Under the pieces are notes generated by a model. That model worked only from the letters and a program-made list of their open reading frames with translations, searched no databases and had not been told where the DNA came from. This document shows, in pieces, positions 38,400 through 46,655 of a stretch of 64,000 nt of DNA (the stretch's first letter is position 1; each line of letters opens with the position of its first letter). Position numbers and translations under genes: made by a program. Source of the stretch: Candidatus Methylomirabilota bacterium (GTDB lineage Bacteria > Methylomirabilota > Methylomirabilia > Rokubacteriales > CSP1-6); the NCBI GenBank assembly GCA_046726415.1, contig JBKPAK010000096.1:27523-91522 (forward strand). The letters are read 5' to 3'.

Positions 38400-38822
38400 T
38401 CAGCGTGCCCCGTCGGCCTTGGCGGAGGTGCCCACGAGCGGATAGCCCTTGGCCTGCCAGCCGGGAAGCCCCTCGTCGAGGACGCGCTGGTTGCGCCAAC
38501 CCATCTCGTAGAGCACGTTGCTGGCTCCCCGAGCCAGTGCATGCGGGCAGGTTCAATAGAGGATGACGAGCCCGATACGCGGGATCTCCTTGGCCCGCTG
38601 TCGGATGTTCCGCAGGGGAATCGACCGCGCCCCGGCAATGTGCAGGGCGTCGTACTCCGGCGGCGTGCGGACGTCGATGATGGCGACGGATTGCTTGCTA
38701 TCGATGGCCTTCTTCAGCTCGTCGACCGAGACGTAGCTCACGGGAAGATCGGGCGGGGCCGCTGGCGAGGCACCCACGAGCAGAACTCCGGCGACCGCCA
38801 CGGCGATCAGGGACAGGCGCAT
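38400..38822 (-). CDS. Exported rhodanese-domain protein with in-frame UGA at the catalytic position (candidate selenoprotein, UxC motif), 140 aa
   Basis: Signal peptide, IIDVR, HIAGA, then VILY-TGA(38555-38553)-TCPHALARGASNVLYEMGWRNQRVLDEGLPGWQAKGYP... to the stop at 38402-38400. Confidence 0.8.
38513..38540 (-). promoter_or_regulatory. Candidate bacterial SECIS hairpin GCA-CUGGCU-CGGGG-AGCCAG-CAACG-UGC
   Basis: Perfect 6-bp stem starting 15 nt after the UGA; G-rich apical loop about 22 nt after the UGA. Confidence 0.65.
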
Positions 38823-38827
38823 GCCGG

Positions 38828-39909
38828 TCAGCTGCCGATCACGCGAGCGTGGCTGCGCAGGGTAGGTCCGCCATTGCCGAGCTTGCGAGACTGCAAGGGT
38901 TGACCCGTCCCGCAATTGGGAATCGGAAAGAGGCGGAAGTCAGCGCCCACCGCGTCGACGTTCAGCAAAAAGGTGCGGCTGTCCGCAGTCATCCCGCCAT
39001 CGCGGAAGAGCTGGCCGAGCTCGCCATTCCGGATCTCGTACACGCCTCGCGTGGAAATCCGGAAGTTCTCGCGGCTCTCGGCAATCGATGGGATGCGATG
39101 ACCCGCAAGGTAGTACCCTCGCTCGACCTCCTTGAGGATCTCAGGAGCTGGCCGCTCGCCCCCGGCGAAGACCGTGGTGGACATACGGACCAGTGGCACC
39201 AGCGCCGCGTCGACCGCCTGGCAATGGCCTTTCGGCTCGCCGCCTGGCTCACGCCGCCGGACACGGCCACCACCGCGGCGAACCCCTGGGTGAGGGCAAA
39301 CGCCTGGTCGAGCACCGCGCTTTCCGTGGAAACGAAAAGTTCCCGCGAGAGCTGTGTCGACGTGGAGAGGTAGCTGTGCGCGATACGCGTGTCCAGCGTC
39401 GCGACGTCGCGGGCGACCTCCAGGGTGTTGCGGGTCATGCGGTCCAGAGTCACGCTGCGGGGATCGAGCTCGTAGACGGCGGGCACCGTGTCGCGCCGAA
39501 CGTCCACCGAGTGCAGGCGCGTATCGGCGAGGGCGAAGCCAAGCGCGCCGAACTTCTCCCGCGTCGTGGCCTTCATCTCGCCGTTGATCGCGGCGCGTCG
39601 ATGGGCCTGGGCGATGGCGTCCCTGACCACGCGGGCCACCTTCTCGGTGTCGGCGGCGCCCAGGCTCACTCCGACATGGCCCGGGGCAATCGCACGATCG
39701 CCGGCCAGCACGCGAACGCCGAGGGCGAGGCGCGCCTCCACCCCCGAGGCGCGGCTGGCCCCGTTCACCGCGGAGGCCCATCGCCCTTCCGTAATCTCGA
39801 CGCGCACGTCGGCGTGGGCGAGGCGGGGAAGTCGACGCGCATCTGCGACGAGGTCGGGAAGGACGATGGCGAGCGCGTCGATCAGCTCAACGCTGACGCG
39901 GTCGGTCAT
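38828..39909 (-). pseudogene. TldD-like gene with central deletion and frameshift
   Basis: N-terminal part (ADVRVE, LGVRVLAG) joins near 39240, in another frame, to the C-terminal part (PLVRMSTT, NCGTGQP, GNGGP); no HExxGH. Confidence 0.78.
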
Positions 39910-41114
39910 GTCGCCGGGCCAGAGAACGGTTCCACCAGGATCAGTTCCCCGGGCATCACGTCGCCCCGTTCTTCCTCGAGCACGATCAGACAGTTGCCGG
40001 CGACCATCGAGGAGAGGATGCCGGATCCCTGGGGACCCGTGGTGCGAACCTGCCAGCCATCACCGCTCCACGTCAGCACGCCGCGCTTGAACTCCCGGCG
40101 TCCCCTCTTTTTGCGCATCTCCTCAGCGGCCCGCGCCGGGTAGAGGTCGGGGAAGAGGCGACTCCGCCCGAGCAGTTTGTAAAGGGACGGGCGCACGAAC
40201 AGCAGGAAAGTCAGCATTGAGGCGACGGGGTTGCCCGGGAGGCCGAAGAAGTTGGCCTGTCCGAGGCGCCCCACGGCAAGGGGGCGTCCGGGCTGCATGG
40301 CCACCTGCCAGAAGTCAATGCCGCCGATCTCGGCGAGCACGTCCTTGACGAGGTCGTGCGCGCCGACCGAAACGCCGCCCGAGGTAATCACGAGGTCGGC
40401 CATGTCCGCCGCCTCCAGGAGACGGGCCCGCAGCTCCTCGCGGCGATCGGGCACGATGCCGAGATCGGTGACAGCGCCCCCGCACTGCTCGACGGAGGCG
40501 CGGAGCGTGAAGCGGTTGGCGTCGTAGATCTGTCCCGGCTTTCGCGGGGTGCCGGGCTCGGCCACCTCGTCGCCCGTCGACAGGAGCGCGACGCGCGGTC
40601 GCGTGTGGACGGCCACCTGGCAGAGTCCCAGCGAGGCGATCAGTCCGAGTTCCTGAGGGCGGAGGACGGAACCGGCGTCGATGATGGCGTCCCCGCTCGA
40701 CACGTCCTCGCCTCGACGTCGCACGTTGACTCCTCGCGCGAGCGGACCGATGCGCACGTGGTCGCCGACGCGCTCCACGACTTCCTGAGCATAGACGGTA
40801 CCGGCGCCGGCCGGCACTGGCGCCCCCGTCATGATGCGAACGGCGCAGCCGGGCGCCAGCGCTCCGTCGAAGACGGCGCCGGCGGGTAGATCAGCGACGA
40901 CGGCGAGATCGCGCGTGCCCCCTCGTGGAATATCGTCGTCGCATACTGCGTAACCATCGACCGCGGAGTTGTCGGCCGGAGGGACATCGAACGGGGCGCG
41001 CACCCGCTGGGCCAGCACGCGTCCGAGGGCGGCGCGAAGGGGAATGATCTCGTTCGGCGTGACGGTGGCAATGGACGCAAGAATCTGATTTTGAGCGTCC
41101 GTCACGGAAATCAT
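39906..41114 (-). CDS. moeA: Molybdopterin molybdotransferase
   Basis: NSAVDGYA, RIMTGAP, STGDE, SGGVSVG, LPGNP and QGSGILSS. Confidence 0.95.
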   Translation of the reverse strand: MISVTDAQNQILASIATVTPNEIIPLRAALGRVLAQRVRAPFDVPPADNSAVDGYAVCDDDIPRGGTRDLAVVADLPAGAVFDGALAPGCAVRIMTGAPVPAGAGTVYAQEVVERVGDHVRIGPLARGVNVRRRGEDVSSGDAIIDAGSVLRPQELGLIASLGLCQVAVHTRPRVALLSTGDEVAEPGTPRKPGQIYDANRFTLRASVEQCGGAVTDLGIVPDRREELRARLLEAADMADLVITSGGVSVGAHDLVKDVLAEIGGIDFWQVAMQPGRPLAVGRLGQANFFGLPGNPVASMLTFLLFVRPSLYKLLGRSRLFPDLYPARAAEEMRKKRGRREFKRGVLTWSGDGWQVRTTGPQGSGILSSMVAGNCLIVLEEERGDVMPGELILVEPFSGPAT

Positions 41115-41132
41115 GGCCGTATTATACCCGCC
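41115..41132. promoter_or_regulatory. Bidirectional leaderless promoter with overlapping -10 elements (TATAAT on minus, TATTAT on plus)
   Basis: 18-bp gap between divergent ATGs; the -10 elements lie 6 and 7 nt from the respective ATG; no Shine-Dalgarno. Confidence 0.7.
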
Positions 41133-41612
41133 ATGGATGAGGCGCGACCGGCCGGCTTCTGGATCCGCGCGGTGGCCGCGCTCGCGGATTTTGCGATCTT
41201 CTTCCTCGTCCAGGTTTCGTTCGGCTCGGTGGCGGCCACCACCGTGGGACCCAACGTCGAGGACCTCGACGCGTTCCTTCCGTTGGTGTGGACCTTCACC
41301 CTGGTATTTGCGGGTACGTACACCACCGTGCTGCATGCGCGCGGGAGCGGTCAGACCATCGGCAAGCTGTTGGTCGGGGTGCGCGTGACGAGCGTCGACG
41401 GCGGCCTGCTTCCCGTCGGCGCGGCGCTCCTGAGATTCGTCGGCTACTTCGCCTCGCTGGCGAGCTTCGCCGTGGGGTTTGCCATGGCGGGATTGCGGCG
41501 TGACAAGCGGGCACTTCACGATCTCCTCGCGGGTAGTCGTGTCGAATACGTGGCCCGCGTTCTAGGCCCGGCGCCCAGCCCCGAGGCGGCCCCGCCTCGG
41601 ACCACCGAATGA
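41133..41612 (+). CDS. RDD family membrane protein
   Basis: AGFWIRAVAALAD, GQTIGK and KRALHDLLAGS. Confidence 0.88.
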   Translation: MDEARPAGFWIRAVAALADFAIFFLVQVSFGSVAATTVGPNVEDLDAFLPLVWTFTLVFAGTYTTVLHARGSGQTIGKLLVGVRVTSVDGGLLPVGAALLRFVGYFASLASFAVGFAMAGLRRDKRALHDLLAGSRVEYVARVLGPAPSPEAAPPRTTE

Positions 41613-42187
41613 TCGCGCCGCCGTTGCCGCCCCTGCGACTGCGCAATCAGCTGGCCGACGCCATTCTGGCGGCGTTGCACGATCCGGAGGCGCGCCGGAC
41701 CCTGGCCAGGGTCGCCTGGGACGACGAGGTCGCCGGTCGCTGGCTCGCCCCCGACGAGTCCGTCCACCTCGGAGTGATCCGGGCCCGTGCCCAGCACGCG
41801 AGCGCGGCCCTCGCGGCGGCGCCCCTGCACTCGTCGTCGAGGAATCTCCAAGCGGCGCTCGATGCGGCCGCCCTCCTGTTCGATGCGGGTCTCTTCTTCG
41901 AGACCCATGAGGTGCTCGAGCCCCACTGGCGCCAGGCGTCCGGTGAGACGCGGGAGGCGCTGCAGGGACTGATCCAGATTGCCGTTGGCTATCAGCATTG
42001 GGTGAACCGAAATGCGAAGGGCGCTCGTACTTTGCTCGCCGAGGGAGTGGCACGCGTGACGGGCCGTCGCCTGCGGGGCATCGGCCTCGATGAGTTTGGC
42101 GAGGCCGTGGCCGAAGCGAACCGTCAGGCGGCGGGTGGGGTTTCGCCCGTCGTTCCGCCGTTCCCCCGGTTTCAGCGGGCGCCTTAG
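41609..42187 (+). CDS. DUF309 domain protein
   Basis: FFETHEVLEPHW, LQGLIQIAVG and GARTLL. Confidence 0.8.
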   Translation: MIAPPLPPLRLRNQLADAILAALHDPEARRTLARVAWDDEVAGRWLAPDESVHLGVIRARAQHASAALAAAPLHSSSRNLQAALDAAALLFDAGLFFETHEVLEPHWRQASGETREALQGLIQIAVGYQHWVNRNAKGARTLLAEGVARVTGRRLRGIGLDEFGEAVAEANRQAAGGVSPVVPPFPRFQRAP

Positions 42188-42369
42188 TGACGCGCGGCCG
42201 CGGAGGCATCGACCTCGCTCCGCGTCGGCCGCTGCGCCAAGTGGCGCGGCTGACCCTGTGCAGGGGGCTGCGGTCTCGGCCCGGATCTCCTACCTGACGG
42301 GCAGTTGTATTGCGGCGGAGGGCCACGCCAGAGGGTGTATCCCTGAGTCGGCAGCCCGCGAAGGCACCT

Positions 42370-42399
42370 TGACATGCGTTACTTCCTGTCACTAATCTT
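42370..42399 (+). promoter_or_regulatory. Putative sigma70 promoter (TTGACA-18 bp-TAATCT)
   Basis: Consensus -35 and a plausible -10 about 60 nt upstream of the RRM gene. Confidence 0.6.
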
Positions 42400-42461
42400 G
42401 GGCACGTTTCGAAGCAGGGTCCCAGGCCACCCCGGGCAGTCAGGGCGAGGAGGATCGAGAA

Positions 42462-42794
42462 ATGGCCTCAAAGCTCTTCGTCGGTAACCTGTCGTTCCAG
42501 GCCACAGAGGAAGATCTTCGGGAGCTGTTCCAGCAATCGGGTACCGTCGAGAGCGTCCGGATCATCACCGACCAGTTCACGGGCCGGCCCCGTGGCTTCG
42601 GATTCGTCGAGATGGCCACCAAGGAAGAGGCCACCAAGGCGATCGAGATGCTGAATGGTCGGTTGTTCCGGGACCGGAATCTTGTAGTCGACGAAGCCCG
42701 GCCGCAGCCGCAGCGGGGCAGCGGTGGAGGCACCCGTGACCGTGGTCCCCGGCCCGGGGGCCCCGGCGGGTCGGGCGGGGGCTGGCGCCGCTAG
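42462..42794 (+). CDS. RRM-domain RNA-binding protein with Gly-rich tail
   Basis: RNP2 LFVGNL and RNP1 RGFGFVEM; GAGGAGG RBS. Confidence 0.95.
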   Translation: MASKLFVGNLSFQATEEDLRELFQQSGTVESVRIITDQFTGRPRGFGFVEMATKEEATKAIEMLNGRLFRDRNLVVDEARPQPQRGSGGGTRDRGPRPGGPGGSGGGWRR

Positions 42795-42811
42795 AGGATT
42801 GCTCCGGCCAA

Positions 42812-42830
42812 CTGCCCCTCGAAGGGGCAG
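42812..42830. terminator. Hairpin between convergent genes (CTGCCCCT-CGA-AGGGGCAG)
   Basis: Perfect 8-bp stem, but no U-tract. Confidence 0.45.
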
Positions 42831-42847
42831 CGATCCCAACTGCACCG

Positions 42848-45121
42848 CTAGCTGGCCGGTGCGGTCCCGTCGGCATTCGGGAACAGCTCGAGCTGCATCG
42901 AGCCCGGCGGCGTCGGCGGCTCGACGTACGGCCGGAGACCCTCGAACTCCGTGAGGGGACGAAAGCGCGCCCAGGCTTCGAGAACCTTCGTCTGGTAGTA
43001 CTCGGTGTTCTCGTCAGGTTGATCTGCACTCCAGAGGCTCGCCAGCCTGGCCGATTCGGCGACGGATGGATTCGACCCGCGTCCGGCCACGTAGTACGTG
43101 ACCTGATCGCCCGGCAACAGCGTCCGCCCGGACGCCGCGGCCACCTCGTACGCCGCTGAGGGGTTGCGAAGTCCGGCCCGCACGCGCTCCCGATACGTGT
43201 CGAGCGGATCCTGCAGCGTCTCCGTGCGCGCGAAGAGGCGGACGTGGACGCGATGCATCGCGAAGTCATCGAGCCAGCGATCCACCACGGTTTTGACGTC
43301 GGCCGGGCGCCCGGCCAGCAGTAAGCGGACGATTTCCTCGATGAGTTGGCGCACAAACGGCTCCAAGCCGCGAGAGCGGAGGGCTGATCCCTTCAGGGTG
43401 AGGCGCCCGCGCTCGTCGAGCAGGGCGTAGGTTTTCATCTTGTAGCTGAGCATGGCCGCGTAGCGGCCGGCCAGCTCGAGCTGGATGCTCGGCGGCAGGC
43501 CCTCGGTGACCCGGGCCAGCAAGCGCTCCTCGGCGTCGGGTCGGTCGTCGGGCGGGGGGACGAAATACACGCCGTCGGTGTCCAGCTCCAACGCCGAGGC
43601 GCCGGCCCCTTCCAATTGCTCGAGCACGCGTGTGATGATGCGTCGTCCTTCCGCCGTCACCCGGTCGGCTGCGGCAAAGTCGTTCCAGTGTCCCCGCCCG
43701 AAGGCCAGGTAGCCGTAAAAGGCGTTGATCAAGATCTTGAACGCCTGCTGGAGCGCGCCTAGGTGCGCCCGCTCCTGCGCATCCCCCGCGTCGCGCAGCC
43801 GGCGCTTGGCGCGCAGTCGGAAATCGGTCAGGGCCTGCAGGAGCTGCGGAAACGCGCCCAACGAGTCCGCGGCTGGACCCACCTTCTCGGCCAGCATGAT
43901 CGACGGGTAGAGCGACGTCACGTCGACGTGCCACACCGGCCTCGCCACACCCTGCTGCAGGATGGCGGTGTGGCCGCCGCCCACTGGGCCTGGCGGTCCG
44001 GGCAAGGGAACGGCGCGTTGCCGGCGCAGATACTCGCGGAGGAGCAGCGCGTCGATCTTGGCGGCGGCTCCCCGCAGGACGGTGGTCTGAAGATCGAACG
44101 GCACGAGCTGCGCCTGGGCGAAATAGGGTGGAGACAGAATCGCGGAGAGCGACAAGGCTTCCAGCGCGTCGTCCCCGGCGTACGCCATGAGGTCGTCGGG
44201 CGCTTCGCGGAACGCGCGTGGAATGTTCGACGCCTCGAGGTAGGTGCGGTCGGGCGCAGCGACTCCGAAGTGCCGAGCCAGATCCTTGAGCCCGAAGCCA
44301 GGCAGATCGCGAGCGCCCGCGTCGTGGAGCTGCGCGAGGAGATAGGTATCGATGATGTGCCGGCCGGGAATCGCGTAGCGGCGGTAGCCGATCGTGCGCT
44401 CGGCGATGGAGAGCTGGGAGACACGGCTCCGTATGACCTCACCTCCGCGTCCCCAGGCGAGTGGGACTCCATGGAGCCGGGCCCGCGTCTCGAGGTATTC
44501 CAGGTCAAAGCGGAAGATGTTGTGTCCCTCCACCAGGTCGGGATCGCGTTCGCGGATGAGACGAGAGCACCCTTCGATGAGGGCAGGCTCCGACAGGCGG
44601 TCTCCCCGCAACACGTGGCGAAATCCAGTGGTGTCGGCCAAGGCGATGGCGATGATGCGATCGCCGGCGCGCGCGGCGCTGGGGAACTCGAAACCCTCCG
44701 TGGTCAGTACCTCGATGTCGAGCGAGAGCCGCCGAAGGTCGCGGTAAGCCATCCCGCCGAAGGAGGTGTAGCCCGTGGCGAGAAAGAACTCGTGGATCGG
44801 GTCGGCGGCGAACCAGTGCGGGACTGCGCGGGCCCGTTCGCGAGCGGCCAGCGCGCTACCCCACGAATCGAAGCGGGCCAGCTGGGCCAGGTCTCCGGGA
44901 CCCTCCAGCGCGACGATCTCGACGAGCCCCTCGGCGCTGCGCAGGACGGCGGCATCGGCTACGAGGAGGAACGGTGCGAAGGGCGTCGCCTCCACGATCA
45001 TATGTGAGCCCTGACGGCGGTAGAGACGTATGGTCCGTCCGCCGGGATCGAGCGTGCACGCGAGCAGGCCGGGGACCGGCTCCGCGCCGAGAAGACGCGG
45101 CGCTTCGTCGGCGGCGAGCAC
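42848..45121 (-). CDS. Family B DNA polymerase with 3'-5' exonuclease domain
   Basis: ExoI LDIE, ExoII GHNIFRFD, ExoIII YAGDD; motif A DVTSLYPSIM, motif B KILINAFYGYL, motif C DTDG. Confidence 0.92.
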   Translation of the reverse strand: MLAADEAPRLLGAEPVPGLLACTLDPGGRTIRLYRRQGSHMIVEATPFAPFLLVADAAVLRSAEGLVEIVALEGPGDLAQLARFDSWGSALAARERARAVPHWFAADPIHEFFLATGYTSFGGMAYRDLRRLSLDIEVLTTEGFEFPSAARAGDRIIAIALADTTGFRHVLRGDRLSEPALIEGCSRLIRERDPDLVEGHNIFRFDLEYLETRARLHGVPLAWGRGGEVIRSRVSQLSIAERTIGYRRYAIPGRHIIDTYLLAQLHDAGARDLPGFGLKDLARHFGVAAPDRTYLEASNIPRAFREAPDDLMAYAGDDALEALSLSAILSPPYFAQAQLVPFDLQTTVLRGAAAKIDALLLREYLRRQRAVPLPGPPGPVGGGHTAILQQGVARPVWHVDVTSLYPSIMLAEKVGPAADSLGAFPQLLQALTDFRLRAKRRLRDAGDAQERAHLGALQQAFKILINAFYGYLAFGRGHWNDFAAADRVTAEGRRIITRVLEQLEGAGASALELDTDGVYFVPPPDDRPDAEERLLARVTEGLPPSIQLELAGRYAAMLSYKMKTYALLDERGRLTLKGSALRSRGLEPFVRQLIEEIVRLLLAGRPADVKTVVDRWLDDFAMHRVHVRLFARTETLQDPLDTYRERVRAGLRNPSAAYEVAAASGRTLLPGDQVTYYVAGRGSNPSVAESARLASLWSADQPDENTEYYQTKVLEAWARFRPLTEFEGLRPYVEPPTPPGSMQLELFPNADGTAPAS

Positions 45122-45124
45122 GGG

Positions 45125-45173
45125 TCAGTTGAGCGTGCCCAGTGATCCGGGCACGATCAGTTGAGCGTCCCCA
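45125..45173. repeat. 17-bp duplication of the TPR gene 3' end including the stop (45125-45141 / 45157-45173)
   Basis: TCAGTTGAGCGTGCCCA versus TCAGTTGAGCGTCCCCA; GCACG lies just before both copies. Confidence 0.8.
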
Positions 45174-45648
45174 ACTGGCGGTGAAGCTCGCGGACCTGCC
45201 GGCGGGCGCCGACGTGACCAGGCTCGATGTCGAGGACCGCCTTCAGCTCGCGGATGGCCGCGTGGAGCCTGTGCTGGAGGATATGAACGCGAGCGAGGTT
45301 GAGATGAGGAAAGTGTCGCGGCTCGTAGCGCGGCGCGCGCTTCGCCCGTTCCAGCCATGGGATCGCTTCGTCCGGCCGCCCTAGCTCGATGAGGTAGGCG
45401 CCGATATCGTTGTAGGGATTGCCGAAGTCGGGATCCACCGCGATGGCGATCCGGCACTGGGCGATGGCGTCTTCCAGGCTGCCCTGGGCGCTCAGCGCCC
45501 AACCCAGAAAGGTGTGCGCCTCCGCGGTGGGCTGTGCCGCGATTGACTTGCGGTACAGCTCGACGGCCTCGTCCAGCCGCTGTTCCATCTGCGCCTGGTA
45601 GCCAAGCTCGAAGAACCGGCGGGCGTCGGCCGACGCGTGCTCCAGCAC
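45157..45648 (-). CDS. Tetratricopeptide repeat protein
   Basis: AEAHTFLGW, AIAVDPDFGNPYNDIGAYL and HLNLA helical repeats. Confidence 0.88.
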   Translation of the reverse strand: MLEHASADARRFFELGYQAQMEQRLDEAVELYRKSIAAQPTAEAHTFLGWALSAQGSLEDAIAQCRIAIAVDPDFGNPYNDIGAYLIELGRPDEAIPWLERAKRAPRYEPRHFPHLNLARVHILQHRLHAAIRELKAVLDIEPGHVGARRQVRELHRQLGTLN

Positions 45649-45772
45649 CTATGCGCTCGCCGCGCGGCTGGCGCCCCGATGCGTGTCGAGATTGGCCAAG
45701 TCCAAGTCGATGTCGGTCTTGGTCTCCACTGCGGTCGGATATTACGCCCGCTTGCGGTATATTCTCAAACGC

Positions 45773-46654
45773 ATGCTGCACCCTGCCGGCCCCATTCTTC
45801 TCGCCACCCTCCTCGCGACCGGCTGTGCGACGTCGCACACGAGCGCGGTGCCCGATCTCGCTCGGAACGCGGAGCGCGTTGCGTTCCTCAATGCCTCTCC
45901 GAACGCCGCGCGCCAGATTCCGGCGAGCCTGTACCACCCATCCGGTCAAGGTCCATTCCCCGCCGTGGTGCTCCTCCATGGCTGCCACGGCGTTTCGGAA
46001 TCCAACCACTCCTGGGCGCGCTGGCTGCGCGAGCACGGGTACGTCGCCCTCGTGGTCGATAGCTGGGGAGCCCGAGGAATCGATGACGGATGCGCGGCCG
46101 ACCAGCCCGACGTGCCCAACACCGAGCGATTCGACGATGCCGTGGGGGCCCTGCGCTTCCTGCAAGCGCTGGCGCAGGTTGATCCAGGGCGCATCGGCGC
46201 CATGGGATGGTCGAACGGTGGCGTGTTCGCCATGGCGGTGATCAATGGGCCCAGTCTCGAGCGTGCCCGGCGTCGAGGCCTCGCGATGCCCGAGCCGGGC
46301 TATCAAGCCTCGGTCGCGCTGTATCCCGGCGGCTGTGAGTCGCTGACGCGCGAGTATGTGGTCAAGCCGTTGCTGCTTCTCATCGGGGAGGCGGATGACT
46401 GGACGCTGGCCGCCACGTGTCGAAAGATGGTCGAGGACATGCGCTCACGGGGCGCGCCGGCCGAGCTCGTGCTTTACCCCGGTGCCTACCACTACTTCGA
46501 TGTGGAAGGGCAGGCCAAGACACTCCTGGCCGACGTGGGGAACGAGAACCGTCCGGGGGGCGCCGGCGCCACCGTGGCCTTCGATGCGGCGGCCAACCGT
46601 GACGCCCATCGGCGCATCGAGCAGTTCCTGATCACCTATCTCGGGCGGCGCTGA
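45773..46654 (+). CDS. Dienelactone hydrolase family alpha/beta-hydrolase, probable lipoprotein
   Basis: LATGC lipobox, LHGCHG, GWSNGG, GEADDW and YPGAYHYFD. Confidence 0.87.
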   Translation: MLHPAGPILLATLLATGCATSHTSAVPDLARNAERVAFLNASPNAARQIPASLYHPSGQGPFPAVVLLHGCHGVSESNHSWARWLREHGYVALVVDSWGARGIDDGCAADQPDVPNTERFDDAVGALRFLQALAQVDPGRIGAMGWSNGGVFAMAVINGPSLERARRRGLAMPEPGYQASVALYPGGCESLTREYVVKPLLLLIGEADDWTLAATCRKMVEDMRSRGAPAELVLYPGAYHYFDVEGQAKTLLADVGNENRPGGAGATVAFDAAANRDAHRRIEQFLITYLGRR

Positions 46655-46655
46655 C

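Noticed and set aside
37295-38638. 447-aa ORF treated as a single gene
   Set aside because: Its first ~80 codons overlap the rhodanese in another frame and its end is transketolase debris.
42462-42794. RRM protein as a eukaryotic gene transfer
   Set aside because: Small RRM proteins with Gly-rich tails are known in many bacteria, and this one has a bacterial promoter, RBS and host-like composition.
42848-45121. PolB as a marker of a prophage, pipolin or casposon
   Set aside because: No integrase, Cas1, terminal repeats, tRNA target or compositional shift; the flanking genes are housekeeping-type.
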